Assembly (NCBI GenBank): GCA_026705465.1
Contig: JAPPAP010000004.1
Location: 20,337-84,336, forward strand
Direction: 5' to 3'
Length of the DNA stretch: 64,000 nucleotides
Source: a bacterium
Lineage (GTDB): Bacteria; Actinomycetota; Acidimicrobiia; Acidimicrobiales; Bin134
The notes under the pieces were generated by a model. It saw nothing but the letters and a program-made list of their open reading frames with translations. It had not been told where the DNA came from and did no database searches. Each line of letters opens with the position of its first letter. Within the stretch, counting starts at the first letter, position 1. Positions 8,831-18,575 of the stretch are shown here, piece after piece. Position numbers and translations under genes: made by a program.

Positions 8831-8851
8831 GAATCAGGCAGACTGAACACG

Positions 8852-9841
8852 GTGGAGGATTACTTCCAGCAGTTGGTGCGCTCTTGGCGCAGCGTCACCT
8901 CCCGAACGGTGCGCGAGGCCGTGGCCGTGCTGTTGCTTCTGATCGTGGTGCTCGGCGCGGGGTTCTCTGCACTCACCACCTATGCCGATGTGGTGGTGTT
9001 CGACGAAGACCGTTTCGCCCAGGAGCTCGCGGGGATTTTTGACGACGAGGACGTCCACAATGTGGTAGCGGCATCGTTCATCGCCACGGCGACCGAGATG
9101 GCCGATTTACCGGTTACCCCCGCAGGCTCAGCCGGTGTCCAGCAGGTCATTCAGCAAGAAGTCCCACCGGTGGTGAGCGAACTGCTCACCTCTGAGGCCA
9201 ACGATCATGTGCTGGATCGGGCGGTGCGCCGGGCTCATGGCGATGTGCTGGCCGTGATGGAGGGCACCCTGGTGGCCAACCCACCGGTTCGGAGCGTGGA
9301 AGTTGACCTGGGGCCGATCTTCATTCAGATGCTCGATGTGATTGTCGCCAATGATGAGCTGGCCGTCCTGGACACCGTGACCCCGCCCTTCGACGCCGGA
9401 GTGGTGACCGTGCTCCAGCGCGCCGAGCCAGGAGACCGGTTCTGGGAATTCCTCGGCCAGCTTCAAGACCGGCGGTCATCCACCATCACTTTGATCCTGC
9501 TGTGCGGCATCGGAGCGCTGCTGATATCGCCGTCTCGCACTCGGGTGGTGTGGAGCATCGGCACCGGCATCGTGGCCATGGCCGGCATCCTGGGAGTGGG
9601 AATCTACGGTTCTCGGGCGTTGCTGGCTGTGCTGATCGACAACACCGATACCGTGCGGGCGGCCCAGTCGATCCATGAGGCCCTACTGGACGATTTGAGC
9701 GGTCGGCTGATGGGCATGGCGCTCATCGGAGCGTTGATGATCGTGGTCGGGGGCGTAGGCGGCTGGCTCTGGCGCCGTTACGGCCCCACACCTCCCGAGG
9801 AAGAGGCTGTGGCTAGCTCCGAGGCTGGCCCGATTGTGTGA
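8852..9841 (+). CDS. Hypothetical membrane protein
   Basis: GTG-start ORF with good GC3 bias. One N-terminal TM segment (AVAVLLLLIVVLGAGF) and about 4 C-terminal TM segments. No recognised domain. Confidence 0.6.
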   Translation: MEDYFQQLVRSWRSVTSRTVREAVAVLLLLIVVLGAGFSALTTYADVVVFDEDRFAQELAGIFDDEDVHNVVAASFIATATEMADLPVTPAGSAGVQQVIQQEVPPVVSELLTSEANDHVLDRAVRRAHGDVLAVMEGTLVANPPVRSVEVDLGPIFIQMLDVIVANDELAVLDTVTPPFDAGVVTVLQRAEPGDRFWEFLGQLQDRRSSTITLILLCGIGALLISPSRTRVVWSIGTGIVAMAGILGVGIYGSRALLAVLIDNTDTVRAAQSIHEALLDDLSGRLMGMALIGALMIVVGGVGGWLWRRYGPTPPEEEAVASSEAGPIV

Positions 9842-9847
9842 CGGTTT

Positions 9848-10630
9848 CTACGAACCGGTGAACTCGGCTTTGCCGGGGCCGTTTTCCAGGAAGCTGGCTA
9901 CGCCGGTGTGGGCGTCGTCGGTGTCGAAGCAGGCGGCAAAGGCCTCCACCTCCACCTCGAGGGCCTCATCGAGCGACAGGAAGTAGCCGTCGAGGATGGC
10001 TTGCTTGGCCAGGGTGATAGCGGCGGGGCCGGCGGCGTAGCGGGCGGCCAGTTTCACCGCCTCGTCGTACACCTCGTCGTCGGGATAAGCGGCCGAGGCC
10101 AGCCCGATGGCCACGGCCTCATCGGCCTTTAAGTTGCGGCCGGTGTAGATCAGCTCTTTCGCTTTTGTAATGCCCACCAGACGGCTCAGCCGCTGAGTGC
10201 CTCCCCCACCGGGAATGAGGCCGAGCAAAATCTCGGGCTGGCCCAGCACGGCGCTCTCGCCGACCAAGCGGAACTCGGCGGCCATGGCCAACTCGCACCC
10301 TCCTCCGAGGGCGTAGCCATTAACCGCGCAGATAGTGATCTGGGGAAGAGACTCAAGCGCCCGAAAGGCGACGTTGATCCGCTGGCTCAGGTCCCGACCC
10401 CGGTCGACATCCATCCCCGAGAACTCGTTGATGTCGGCGCCAGCGGCGAATACCTTGGGCCCGCCCCAAATGACCACGGCCCGGATGTCGGTGCGTCCGG
10501 CCAGTTCTTCGGCGGCCTGGTGCAACTCGGCCACCACCTGGGCGTTCAGGGCATTGACCTTGGGGCGATCTAGCCGCAAGGTGGCCACGCCTTCTGCCGC
10601 GCCGGTCTCAATTCGCACAAACTCACCCAT
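9848..10630 (-). CDS. Enoyl-CoA hydratase/isomerase (crotonase family)
   Basis: Crotonase signatures (VIWGGPKVFAAGADI, AVNGYALGGGCELAMA). Start at MGEFVRIE (10630). Confidence 0.9.
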   Translation of the reverse strand: MGEFVRIETGAAEGVATLRLDRPKVNALNAQVVAELHQAAEELAGRTDIRAVVIWGGPKVFAAGADINEFSGMDVDRGRDLSQRINVAFRALESLPQITICAVNGYALGGGCELAMAAEFRLVGESAVLGQPEILLGLIPGGGGTQRLSRLVGITKAKELIYTGRNLKADEAVAIGLASAAYPDDEVYDEAVKLAARYAAGPAAITLAKQAILDGYFLSLDEALEVEVEAFAACFDTDDAHTGVASFLENGPGKAEFTGS

Positions 10631-10728
10631 GTCCACGCTCCTTGCTGTTGGGACCCGCCAACCGTATTCGTCCTGCACGGTGGTTACTCAGTCATCGAGC
10701 GAGTGGCTCGAAATGGCACACTCAGAGG

Positions 10729-12240
10729 ATGTGGGCCGAGACCATCAGGGCATCGGGAAGGGTGTTCGCCGACCGCCCGGCCCTGATGGCCGAGGAAGGC
10801 TGGCCGATCAGCTTTGCCGAACTCGACCGCCTGACCGACGAGGTGGCCGTCGGCTTGGCCCGCCGTGGCGTGAGCCACGGCGAGGTTGTGGCCCTGCTGG
10901 TGCCGTCGTCGGTGGACTACATCGTGCTGTACGGGGCGCTGGCCAAGCTGGGGGCCATCACCGCCGGAGTAAGTAGCCGCCTGCCCGCCGCCGAGCGCAC
11001 CGTGCTGGTGAACGAAGTGGCCGAGGCCGATCGGGCCATTGCCACTGCCGCCATGGCCGACGGCATGGGCATAGGCATCGATGTGATCGAAGTGGCGCTG
11101 GGCGACGGACCCGGCTCGGTGTGCGCCGACCTCCGGGGGGTGAATGAGGCCCCGCCACCGCTGCCCCCCGACGGCGACCGACCGGTAGCGGTGGTGTTCA
11201 CCTCGGGAACCACCGGTGTGCCCAAAGGGGCGACGTTCACCAACCAGATCTTGGCCGACATCGCGGTGGTGGATACCGGGAATGGCTGGGGAGAAGGCGG
11301 CCCCATCACCTCCAACACCCAGATGGCCCACATCGGGGTCATGGGCAAGATCCCGGCCCAGTTCGCAGTGGGCACCACGCTGCATGTGATCGACAAGTGG
11401 AGTGCCACCGCGGTGCTGGAGGCTGTGTCCCGCTATCGGATGCCTGCGGTCGGCGGGGTGGCGCCCCAAATCGCCCTCATGCTTCGCCACCCCGATTTCG
11501 ACCAGTACGACTTCTCCTCGGTGAAACTCGTGGTGACCGGCGGGGCGCCGTCTCCCCCCGATGTGATCGAGGAGGCCCGCCGACGCTTCGAGGCCGACTG
11601 GACCCAGCGGTACGCCTGCACCGAGGGCGGCGGCATTGGAACCTTCACCTGGATCGATGCCCCGATGGAGGAGATGCTCTACTCCGTGGGGCGACCCCGC
11701 CCTGGCATCAAAATAGAGGTGCGGGATCCAGACAGCGATTTGGCTGTGGCCCCAGGGACGGTCGGCGAAGTGTGCTTCCAGTCCCCCACAGTGATGGCGG
11801 GATACTGGCGCAATCCGACCGCCACCGAGGAAGCACTGCGGGGCGGTTGGCTCCACACCGGGGACCAGGGCTGGATCGACGACACCGGGTGCCTGCGCCT
11901 AGTAGGCCGCCGGGGCGAGGGATTCCATCGGGGTGGATATGTGGTATTCCCAGTCGAAGCCGAGAAGGTGCTGGCCTGGCACCCCAAGGTAACCGGCGTG
12001 TGCGTGGTGCCCCGGCCCGACGATGTGCTGGGCGCGGTCGGAGTGGCAGTGGTGATTCCCGCCGACCCCACCGACCCGCCGACCCTGGACGAACTGCGAT
12101 CCTTCGGGCAACAGCACATTGCCGACTACAAGCTCCCCGAGCACCTCCGCATCACCGACGCTTTCCCCATGACCCCCATGTCCAAGATTGACCGCAAAGC
12201 CTTAGAACTTTCCGAAGACAGGGAAGCGGGTCAAACATAG
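10729..12240 (+). CDS. AMP-dependent acyl-CoA synthetase/ligase (1 of 4)
   Basis: AMP-binding motifs (VVFTSGTTGVPKGA, YACTEGG, WLHTGDQG, PMSKIDRKAL). Start at MWAETIRA (10729). Confidence 0.9.
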   Translation: MWAETIRASGRVFADRPALMAEEGWPISFAELDRLTDEVAVGLARRGVSHGEVVALLVPSSVDYIVLYGALAKLGAITAGVSSRLPAAERTVLVNEVAEADRAIATAAMADGMGIGIDVIEVALGDGPGSVCADLRGVNEAPPPLPPDGDRPVAVVFTSGTTGVPKGATFTNQILADIAVVDTGNGWGEGGPITSNTQMAHIGVMGKIPAQFAVGTTLHVIDKWSATAVLEAVSRYRMPAVGGVAPQIALMLRHPDFDQYDFSSVKLVVTGGAPSPPDVIEEARRRFEADWTQRYACTEGGGIGTFTWIDAPMEEMLYSVGRPRPGIKIEVRDPDSDLAVAPGTVGEVCFQSPTVMAGYWRNPTATEEALRGGWLHTGDQGWIDDTGCLRLVGRRGEGFHRGGYVVFPVEAEKVLAWHPKVTGVCVVPRPDDVLGAVGVAVVIPADPTDPPTLDELRSFGQQHIADYKLPEHLRITDAFPMTPMSKIDRKALELSEDREAGQT

Positions 12241-12247
12241 GCGGGTT

Positions 12248-12316
12248 GGGGGGTGGCGCCGGTGGCGGACCTGGCCGCACCGTCGGCCAGGCCGCTTCCG
12301 GTGACAGGACCCGCCA
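12248..12316. repeat. GC-rich REP-like intergenic element A, copy 1 (69 bp)
   Basis: GGGGGGTGGCGCCGGTGGCGGACCTGGCCGCACCGTCGGCCAGGCCGCTTCCGGTGACAGGACCCGCCA. It matches 39471-39539 at 68 of 69 positions. It contains an 11-bp stem with one bulge (GCGGaCCTGGCC / GGCCAGGCCGC). It lies between convergent genes. Confidence 0.85.
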
Positions 12317-12339
12317 AGCCACCGGAGGATGGCTAATAG

Positions 12340-13536
12340 TCAGCGGGGCTCTCTCGGCAGTCCCAGGACTCCCTCTCCAACACTATTTTTCATTACCTCA
12401 TCAGTACCGCCGCCGATGCGAATAGCACACGCCCCCAGCAGCAACTGCTTCCACGCGTAGGTCCCCCACTCGCCGGTGTCGGCACAGATCCGGGGTCCGA
12501 GCAGACGGGCAATCACCGACGCCGCCCAGTTCACGTGCCGTGCGGTGGCGTACTTGGTGGCTGCCGGGGCCAAGGGGGGCTGACGGTTGGCGTTCCACTC
12601 CACCAACCGGTATCCGATGTAGAGGCGGGCCAGGTCTTGGCGCACCACCGGATCGTCGGCCAGACCGAAGTGCTGGGCCAACTGGACGACTTTCTCGGGA
12701 GCGGCCAAACCCACCAGCCCACTGCCGCCGTAGCCCGCCCCCCTCGAGCCGATCGAGGCCCGCTCCGACTGCAACGAGGTGCGGAACACCGACCAGCCGG
12801 TGTTGACGTCGCCCACCCGGTGGCGGTCGTCGATGCGGGCGTCGTCGAAGAAAACCTCGTTGAACTCCGCCCCGCCCGTCATCTGCCGCAGCGGGCGAAC
12901 GTCAGTACCGGGGGTGTCAAGCGGGTAGATGAAGGCAGTGATGCCTTTGTGCTTGGGCACATCAGGGTCGGTGCGGGCCAACAGCAAGCCGATATCGGAG
13001 AAATGCGCCCGGGAGCTCCACACCTTCTGGCCACTGATCACCCACTCATCGCCGTCGGCAGTGGCCCGAGTGCTGAGTGAGGCCAGATCCGACCCGGCCC
13101 CCGGCTCACTCAGCAGCTGGCAGGCCAGGACCTCTCCTCGGAACAACCGGGCCAGATAACGCTCCTTCAGCCAATCGGAGCCGTGGGCCAGGATGGTGGG
13201 GGCCACCACTCCCAAAGAGCTGCCGAACATGGTCTGCGACGGAACCCGGTAGGCGGCCTCCAGATCGAGATAGGCCCGCTCGTATTCCGGACCGAGACCC
13301 CGTCCGCCGTACTCAGGAGGACCGGCTATCCATCCAAACCCCGCCTCCCACATCTTGGCCCGCCATTGCTGAGCGGCCCTGACTATCGCCTCTTCCTCGG
13401 CCGGGCTCTTCTCGGCATACACGGTGATCTCATCCGAGCCGACTCCCCAGGTGAACTCGTCCCGCACGGCCTGCTCGGCATTGGCGTCCAAAAACGCCCG
13501 AGCCTCGGCGGCGAATTCGTCCAAAGTCGGCGTCAC
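12340..13536 (-). CDS. Acyl-CoA dehydrogenase
   Basis: 398 aa with ACAD-like sequence (LLSEPGAGSDLASL, ISGQKVWSS, GGTDEVMKN). Confidence 0.9.
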   Translation of the reverse strand: MTPTLDEFAAEARAFLDANAEQAVRDEFTWGVGSDEITVYAEKSPAEEEAIVRAAQQWRAKMWEAGFGWIAGPPEYGGRGLGPEYERAYLDLEAAYRVPSQTMFGSSLGVVAPTILAHGSDWLKERYLARLFRGEVLACQLLSEPGAGSDLASLSTRATADGDEWVISGQKVWSSRAHFSDIGLLLARTDPDVPKHKGITAFIYPLDTPGTDVRPLRQMTGGAEFNEVFFDDARIDDRHRVGDVNTGWSVFRTSLQSERASIGSRGAGYGGSGLVGLAAPEKVVQLAQHFGLADDPVVRQDLARLYIGYRLVEWNANRQPPLAPAATKYATARHVNWAASVIARLLGPRICADTGEWGTYAWKQLLLGACAIRIGGGTDEVMKNSVGEGVLGLPREPR

Positions 13537-13703
13537 CCCACGAGTTTGGCCGTTTCATCTGCCCCAGGAGAAGGCCGGACCGCAACGAAGATTTCCACAA
13601 TCAGCATCCTTGCCCCCCAAAGGAATGAGATGTAGTTTCAAACTAGGCAATATGAAGCGGGTTCCGGCCCTCAGGGTCGGGCAGGAGAGACCGGGGGTAT
13701 GAC

Positions 13704-14399
13704 ATGTTGTCGTCTTTGAGTGCGCTACAACGCGGAGGCGTGTACATCTTCTTCGGAGGGGTGGTATCCGCCGTTGGCAGGGGGATGAAACCAGGGATTC
13801 TCGTTGACCAAGCAGATTGGAATGACGTGGATGGCCTGGTGCAAGCGATGGCCGACAACGAGGTTCTCGCCCATACCTCAGCGGTGTTGTATGCCTTCGG
13901 TCTGATGTTCGTCATTACCGGTCTCAACAGCATCAGGCACTTTGTGACCGACAAAGGCCTGGTGGGAGACATGGTTCGCGGCGGAACGCTTTTGGGAATG
14001 CTCTCCATCTTCGTCCTTGGCATGCTCGAGGGGCTTGACCATATGGCGATCAGAGTGCTGAACGACGGCATCGGCGGCAATAGCACGGAGATAGCAGTGG
14101 CGTTGCAATCGGCCAAGCTCGGAATCGTCTTGATCCTCTGGCCAGTGCTCTACGCAGCAATTGGAGTTGCCGGCCTTGGCGGAATGCGCTTGCTGCCTGG
14201 TGGGATTCACCGAGGCATACAGGGCATCGCGTCGCTGGTGATGCTGGCGACCGCTGTGCTGCTCCTCATGGCTGCCTCATTGGAGTCCAACGACTTCTGG
14301 ATGACGGTCAGCGCCATCACCGCCATCGTTCTGGCCATCTGGACCCTTGCGTTGGCCCATGCGTCCTACAAGGGCAAGGTTTCTGCTTCGACTTCGTAG
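13704..14399 (+). CDS. Hypothetical multi-pass membrane protein
   Basis: 231 aa with about 6 hydrophobic segments. GC is somewhat lower than in neighbours. No recognised domain. Confidence 0.5.
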   Translation: MLSSLSALQRGGVYIFFGGVVSAVGRGMKPGILVDQADWNDVDGLVQAMADNEVLAHTSAVLYAFGLMFVITGLNSIRHFVTDKGLVGDMVRGGTLLGMLSIFVLGMLEGLDHMAIRVLNDGIGGNSTEIAVALQSAKLGIVLILWPVLYAAIGVAGLGGMRLLPGGIHRGIQGIASLVMLATAVLLLMAASLESNDFWMTVSAITAIVLAIWTLALAHASYKGKVSASTS

Positions 14400-14433
14400 C
14401 TAGCCCAACAACTTCATCGGCAGTGTCCCGCCA

Positions 14434-15234
14434 GTGATGGTCGCTTCCGGGTTCTATTTCCCCGAAGCACCCCGCTGGCGGGACGGCCAACTGTGGTTCT
14501 CCGATGTGTTCGGCGGCCTGGTCTATTCCTGGGATCCCGAAACCGGCGACCTCACCGAGCAGGCCCGGGTGCCGGGTCGCCCGTCAGGGCTGGGCTGGAA
14601 CCCTGAAGGCGACCTGCTGGTGGTGTCCACCACTGGTCGCACGCTGCGCCGAGCCGACGGGACTGTCGTCGCCGATCTCAACCCCGTGTCGGAGTCCAAG
14701 ATCAACGACATGGTGGTTGACGACGACGGCACCGCCTACATCGGCAACGACGGTTTTGACTTGGAGGCTCGGGCCCCGGAACAGCCCGCCCAGATCCTGC
14801 GGGTCAGCCCTGACGGCGAGGCATCGATGGCCGCCGACGGGCTGCGCTTCGCCAATGGCATGGTCATCACCCCCGACCGGCGATTGATCGTGGCGGAGAC
14901 GTGGGGACGGCGATTGAGCTGGTTTGCGGTGGGCGACGATGGCTCTCTGAATGATCGGCGGGTGTTCGCCGAACTGGACGCCGGATCGCCGGACGGGATT
15001 TGCCTTGCTCCTGACGGTCGAGTGTGGGTAGCAGACCCCATGGGCCGCCGGGTGCTGCTGGTGGCCGAGGGCGGCGCGGTTGGGCCTGTTGTCGATTTCC
15101 CTGGTTGCCGCCCCACCGCCTGCGTGCTCGATGACACCGGCACCCGCCTGTTTGTGTGCACCGCCCCCAGCATCGACCCGGCCAAAGTCCAAGCCCACCC
15201 CGCCGGTGAGATCACGGTTGTCGACTTGGGGTAA
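14434..15234 (+). CDS. SMP-30/gluconolactonase/LRE-like beta-propeller protein
   Basis: Typical SGL-family sequence (PEAPRWRDGQLWFSD, ANGMVITPD, PDGICLAPDGRVWVA). Confidence 0.8.
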   Translation: MMVASGFYFPEAPRWRDGQLWFSDVFGGLVYSWDPETGDLTEQARVPGRPSGLGWNPEGDLLVVSTTGRTLRRADGTVVADLNPVSESKINDMVVDDDGTAYIGNDGFDLEARAPEQPAQILRVSPDGEASMAADGLRFANGMVITPDRRLIVAETWGRRLSWFAVGDDGSLNDRRVFAELDAGSPDGICLAPDGRVWVADPMGRRVLLVAEGGAVGPVVDFPGCRPTACVLDDTGTRLFVCTAPSIDPAKVQAHPAGEITVVDLG

Positions 15235-15251
15235 ACGAGTACCCTCAGCCC

Positions 15252-16340
15252 ATGGGCGACGTCCAACTTGTCTCTGCCGACTCCCACGTCAATCCCCCAC
15301 CCACGATGTGGGCCGACTACTTGCCCAAGGAGTACCGCGATCGCGCGCCGGTGGTGGAGGAGACGGACGAGGGCCAATTCCAAGTGTTCGAAGGCCGGCG
15401 CACCCCGATCCTGGGCATCTCGGCCATGGCCGGCAAACGGCCCGAGGACTACAGCTGGAACGTCCGCCGCCTCGACGAGGTGAGATCGGGCGGGTGGGAT
15501 CCCGACGCCCGCCTGGTGGACCAGGACATCGACGGCGTATCGGCCGAAGTGCTCTACGGCGGTGGGCCGCTCGGCAGCGAGGACTGGGGTCTGACCCGGG
15601 CCAGCTATTCGGCCTACAACGACTGGCTGAGCGACTTCTGTTCTACCGACTCCGCCCGGCTCATCGGCATGGCCTACCTCCCCACCGTCGATCCCGACGA
15701 CACCGTGGCCGAGATCAGGCGATTGGCCGGCAAGCAGACTCTGCGGGGCGGCGTGATCGGCCGGTTCCCCGCCTCCGGCGAGTGGTACGAGGAGCGGTGG
15801 GACCCGCTGTGGGAGACCCTCATCGACGTCGGCTGGCCGGCAGCCATCCACGTCGGGGGCCGAGGCCGGGTTGCGATGATCCCCCGCACCGACGGCATCG
15901 GCTACATCGTGGACCTGTTGATGTCGAAGTTCGCCATGGGCGAGGCGGTTACCACCCTGGCAGTGAGCGGGGTGCTGCGCCGGTACCCCGAACTGCGGGT
16001 AGTCAGCGTGGAAGGCCAGATCGGCTGGATCAGCTTCGCCCATTACTACCTCGACCACCTGTGGGCCAAGCACCGGTTCTGGACCGGCAACGACCTGTCC
16101 GAGCCCCCCAGCGTCTATCTGAAGCAGCAGGTGTGGTCCACGTTCATGGAGGATCCGGTGGGCCTGCGGGAGCGCCACCACATCGGGGTGGACAAGATCA
16201 TGTGGTCGAGCGACTACCCCCATTCGGAGACAACGTGGCCTCACAGCCGCAAGCTCACCGACGAGTGGTTCACCGACATTTCCGACACCGACCGCCGGCT
16301 CATCCTGGCTGAGAACTGCAACCAACTCTTCGGTCTCTAG
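15252..16340 (+). CDS. Amidohydrolase_2 family metal-dependent hydrolase/decarboxylase (1 of 3)
   Basis: N-terminal SADSHV, C-terminal MWSSDYPHSE and NCNQLFGL, as in the ACMSD/LigW-type amidohydrolase family. Confidence 0.85.
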   Translation: MGDVQLVSADSHVNPPPTMWADYLPKEYRDRAPVVEETDEGQFQVFEGRRTPILGISAMAGKRPEDYSWNVRRLDEVRSGGWDPDARLVDQDIDGVSAEVLYGGGPLGSEDWGLTRASYSAYNDWLSDFCSTDSARLIGMAYLPTVDPDDTVAEIRRLAGKQTLRGGVIGRFPASGEWYEERWDPLWETLIDVGWPAAIHVGGRGRVAMIPRTDGIGYIVDLLMSKFAMGEAVTTLAVSGVLRRYPELRVVSVEGQIGWISFAHYYLDHLWAKHRFWTGNDLSEPPSVYLKQQVWSTFMEDPVGLRERHHIGVDKIMWSSDYPHSETTWPHSRKLTDEWFTDISDTDRRLILAENCNQLFGL

Positions 16341-16366
16341 CGCCCTGATCGACTAAGCAAGGCGCC

Positions 16367-17305
16367 ATGACTGCGCTGCTCTCGATCCAACTCCGCAATT
16401 TCGCCGCCGATGACCCCGGGCCGGGCGGCTGGCAATCCGCCTTGGACTTGGCCCAGGCGGCCGATGCTGCCGGCGTGGACAAGATCGTGGTCAGCGACCA
16501 CGTGGTGTTCGGCGAGAACCTGGAGGCCTACGGCCAAGCCGAGTTGGGCGGTATGGCTGGCGGCCGCCAGCCCACCGGTCCCGACGGCCATTGGCTGGAG
16601 CCAACCACTCTCCTTACCGTGGTGGGCGCCATTACCAGCAGCCTCCGGCTGGCCAACAACATCCTTTTGGCCGCCCTGCGCCGCCCGGTGATCCTGGCCA
16701 AGCAGCTGGCCACCCTCGACGTGCTCACCGGCGGGCGGGTGGACCTCGGCGTGGGCGTGGGCTGGCAGGCCGAGGAGTACGAGGCCGCCGGTTTGGACTT
16801 CGCCACGCGGGGCCGCCAGCTCGACCACACCCTGGCGGTGTGCCAAGCCCTGTGGACTTCCTGCCCGGCCGACTTCAGCGACGACCACCTCGAGTTCTCC
16901 CGCATCTACATGCAGCCCCAGCCGGTGCGGCCCGGTGGCGTGCCGGTGTGGGTGAGCGGCACGCTCAATGCCCGGTCGATGCGCCGACTGGCCCGATTCG
17001 GGGCCGGCTGGATCCCCTGGGGCGACGACATGGGCGGCGACATGGCCGCCAACATCGCCCAGATGCGCGACATGGTGGCCGGCTACGACCGCGACCCGTC
17101 CGGCATCGGCGTGGTGGGCACCCTGCCAGTGGTGCGCACCGACGACGGCGTGGACCTGGCCGCCACCATGAACGGCGTCCCTGCTCTGGCCGAGGCAGGC
17201 GTCACCGACTTTCGAGCCCACCTCGCCATCCCTTCCGACCCCGCCGCCGCCCACGACTACCTGGCTGAAGTAGTAACCGCCTTCCGCCCCGCCGTAGGGC
17301 GCTAG
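16367..17305 (+). CDS. LLM-class (luciferase-like) oxidoreductase, probable F420-dependent type
   Basis: Luciferase-like sequence (VVSDHVVFGENLEAY, LATLDVLTGGRVDLGVGVGWQAEEY). Paralog of 39604-40518. Confidence 0.8.
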   Translation: MTALLSIQLRNFAADDPGPGGWQSALDLAQAADAAGVDKIVVSDHVVFGENLEAYGQAELGGMAGGRQPTGPDGHWLEPTTLLTVVGAITSSLRLANNILLAALRRPVILAKQLATLDVLTGGRVDLGVGVGWQAEEYEAAGLDFATRGRQLDHTLAVCQALWTSCPADFSDDHLEFSRIYMQPQPVRPGGVPVWVSGTLNARSMRRLARFGAGWIPWGDDMGGDMAANIAQMRDMVAGYDRDPSGIGVVGTLPVVRTDDGVDLAATMNGVPALAEAGVTDFRAHLAIPSDPAAAHDYLAEVVTAFRPAVGR

Positions 17306-17318
17306 CCCCACCGGCCTT

Positions 17319-18575
17319 TCAGTCAGGCGCCGACCTGAATGCGGGGTCGCGGTCGATGTAGGTGCGAACGAGGGTGACGAATATGAGCATGGCGACAGAG
17401 AGGGCGGCACCGGCCCAGAGGACGAGGCGGGTGCTGCCCACGGCGAGCAAGCCGGCCACGACGGCGGGGCCGCTGACTTGGCCGATGCGGATGGCGGTGC
17501 CCCAGGCCGCCACCATCACGGCTCGGTGCTGCTCAGGGGCAAGCGAAGCGGCCCGACTCTGCAGGGGGACCACCACCAGTTGATCGGCGGCTCCCAACAC
17601 CAGCATGGGGGCGATGATCACCGCCAGCGAAGGTGACAGCGCCATTCCAGTGAGGCAGATCACGAATCCGATGTAGCCGGCCCGCACCATGGTCGAGATG
17701 GAATGGCGACCGGCGATGCGTCCCATGCTCAGCGCAATCAGTCCGGCCGACACCGCAGGCAAAGACAGGATCACGCCCCGAATCCCGGCCGAGGCTCCAA
17801 ACTCGTTCTCCAAGTGGATGGGTATGGTGGTGATTCCCACCGCGAAGAAAACCAGGAACGTGAACGGGGCCACCAGCAGCAGCACTCCAACCTCACGCTG
17901 CATGAGGTGGGGGCGGGCCTGACTGAGCTGGTGACGCAACGGTTCGGGCGTCCGCCGCTCATCGGGGGGCAGCAGGGTGGCCGCAAACAAGGCCAGCAGA
18001 ATGGTGAAGGCGTGCAGGGCGAACGGACCCCGCCAGCCGAATAGCTCGGTGAGCAAACCACCAGCGGCGGGCAGCAAGGCCACGCTCAAGTTCATGGACA
18101 GGGCGTTCTGGCCGATGATCCGGGTGCGTTCCACCCCCTCGTAGTTGTCCCCGATGATGACCAGGGCCAGGCTCAAGAATCCTGATGAGCCCAGCCCCTG
18201 AATGAACCGGAAGGTCAACAGCATGGCCAGGCTGGTGGATGCCATGATGACCAGACCGGCTAGCCCGAACACCAGCAGGCAGGGGACGATGATCCGGCGC
18301 CTCCCGTAGCGGTCGGCGGCCACCCCGATCACCGAGGCCATGAACAGGCCGGGGGCGTGAGCAGTCATCAAGATGAACACCGAGGTCTGGTCGGAGATGC
18401 CGAAGGCATCGGCGATGTCGGGGAGAGCAGGGGCGATTGTGGCGTTGGGGAGGATCACCGCAGCCCCGATCAGCCACACCACCACGAGCTGCGATCGCCG
18501 GAGACCCACGGCTTGACGGTATTGCCTCACCCTGGCGGGTGGCATGATCTGATCGTGGAGAAGCACCGGGAGCAC
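17319..18575 (-). CDS. MFS transporter
   Basis: About 12 TM segments with an MFS motif (GVAADRYGRRR). An internal Met at 18545 is an alternative start. Confidence 0.8.
   Translation of the reverse strand: MLPVLLHDQIMPPARVRQYRQAVGLRRSQLVVVWLIGAAVILPNATIAPALPDIADAFGISDQTSVFILMTAHAPGLFMASVIGVAADRYGRRRIIVPCLLVFGLAGLVIMASTSLAMLLTFRFIQGLGSSGFLSLALVIIGDNYEGVERTRIIGQNALSMNLSVALLPAAGGLLTELFGWRGPFALHAFTILLALFAATLLPPDERRTPEPLRHQLSQARPHLMQREVGVLLLVAPFTFLVFFAVGITTIPIHLENEFGASAGIRGVILSLPAVSAGLIALSMGRIAGRHSISTMVRAGYIGFVICLTGMALSPSLAVIIAPMLVLGAADQLVVVPLQSRAASLAPEQHRAVMVAAWGTAIRIGQVSGPAVVAGLLAVGSTRLVLWAGAALSVAMLIFVTLVRTYIDRDPAFRSAPD

Noticed and set aside
8640-8846. 68-aa ORF inside and downstream of the MITE-like element
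   Set aside because: It spans the inverted-repeat element and the terminator hairpin, has no coding-type codon bias and no domain. It is most likely non-coding.
10684-11856. 390-aa minus-strand ORF. The same reasoning applies to the similar long ORFs 2016-3362, 31484-32743, 41550-42758, 46829-47938, 48058-49320, 54575-55861 and 59445-60668.
   Set aside because: All are antisense or out of frame relative to genes with recognisable conserved motifs, and all have biased R/G/P/A composition. They are rejected as GC-driven spurious ORFs.
13537-13703. 167-nt divergent intergenic region checked for a riboswitch or small RNA
   Set aside because: It contains only weak, imperfect hairpins and I recognise no known riboswitch consensus. 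There is not enough evidence to call a feature.
14736-16325. 529-aa ORF on the minus strand
   Set aside because: It is antisense to well-supported SMP-30 and amidohydrolase genes. The translation is Arg/Gly/Pro/Ala/His-rich low complexity with no domain. This is a typical shadow ORF of high-GC DNA.
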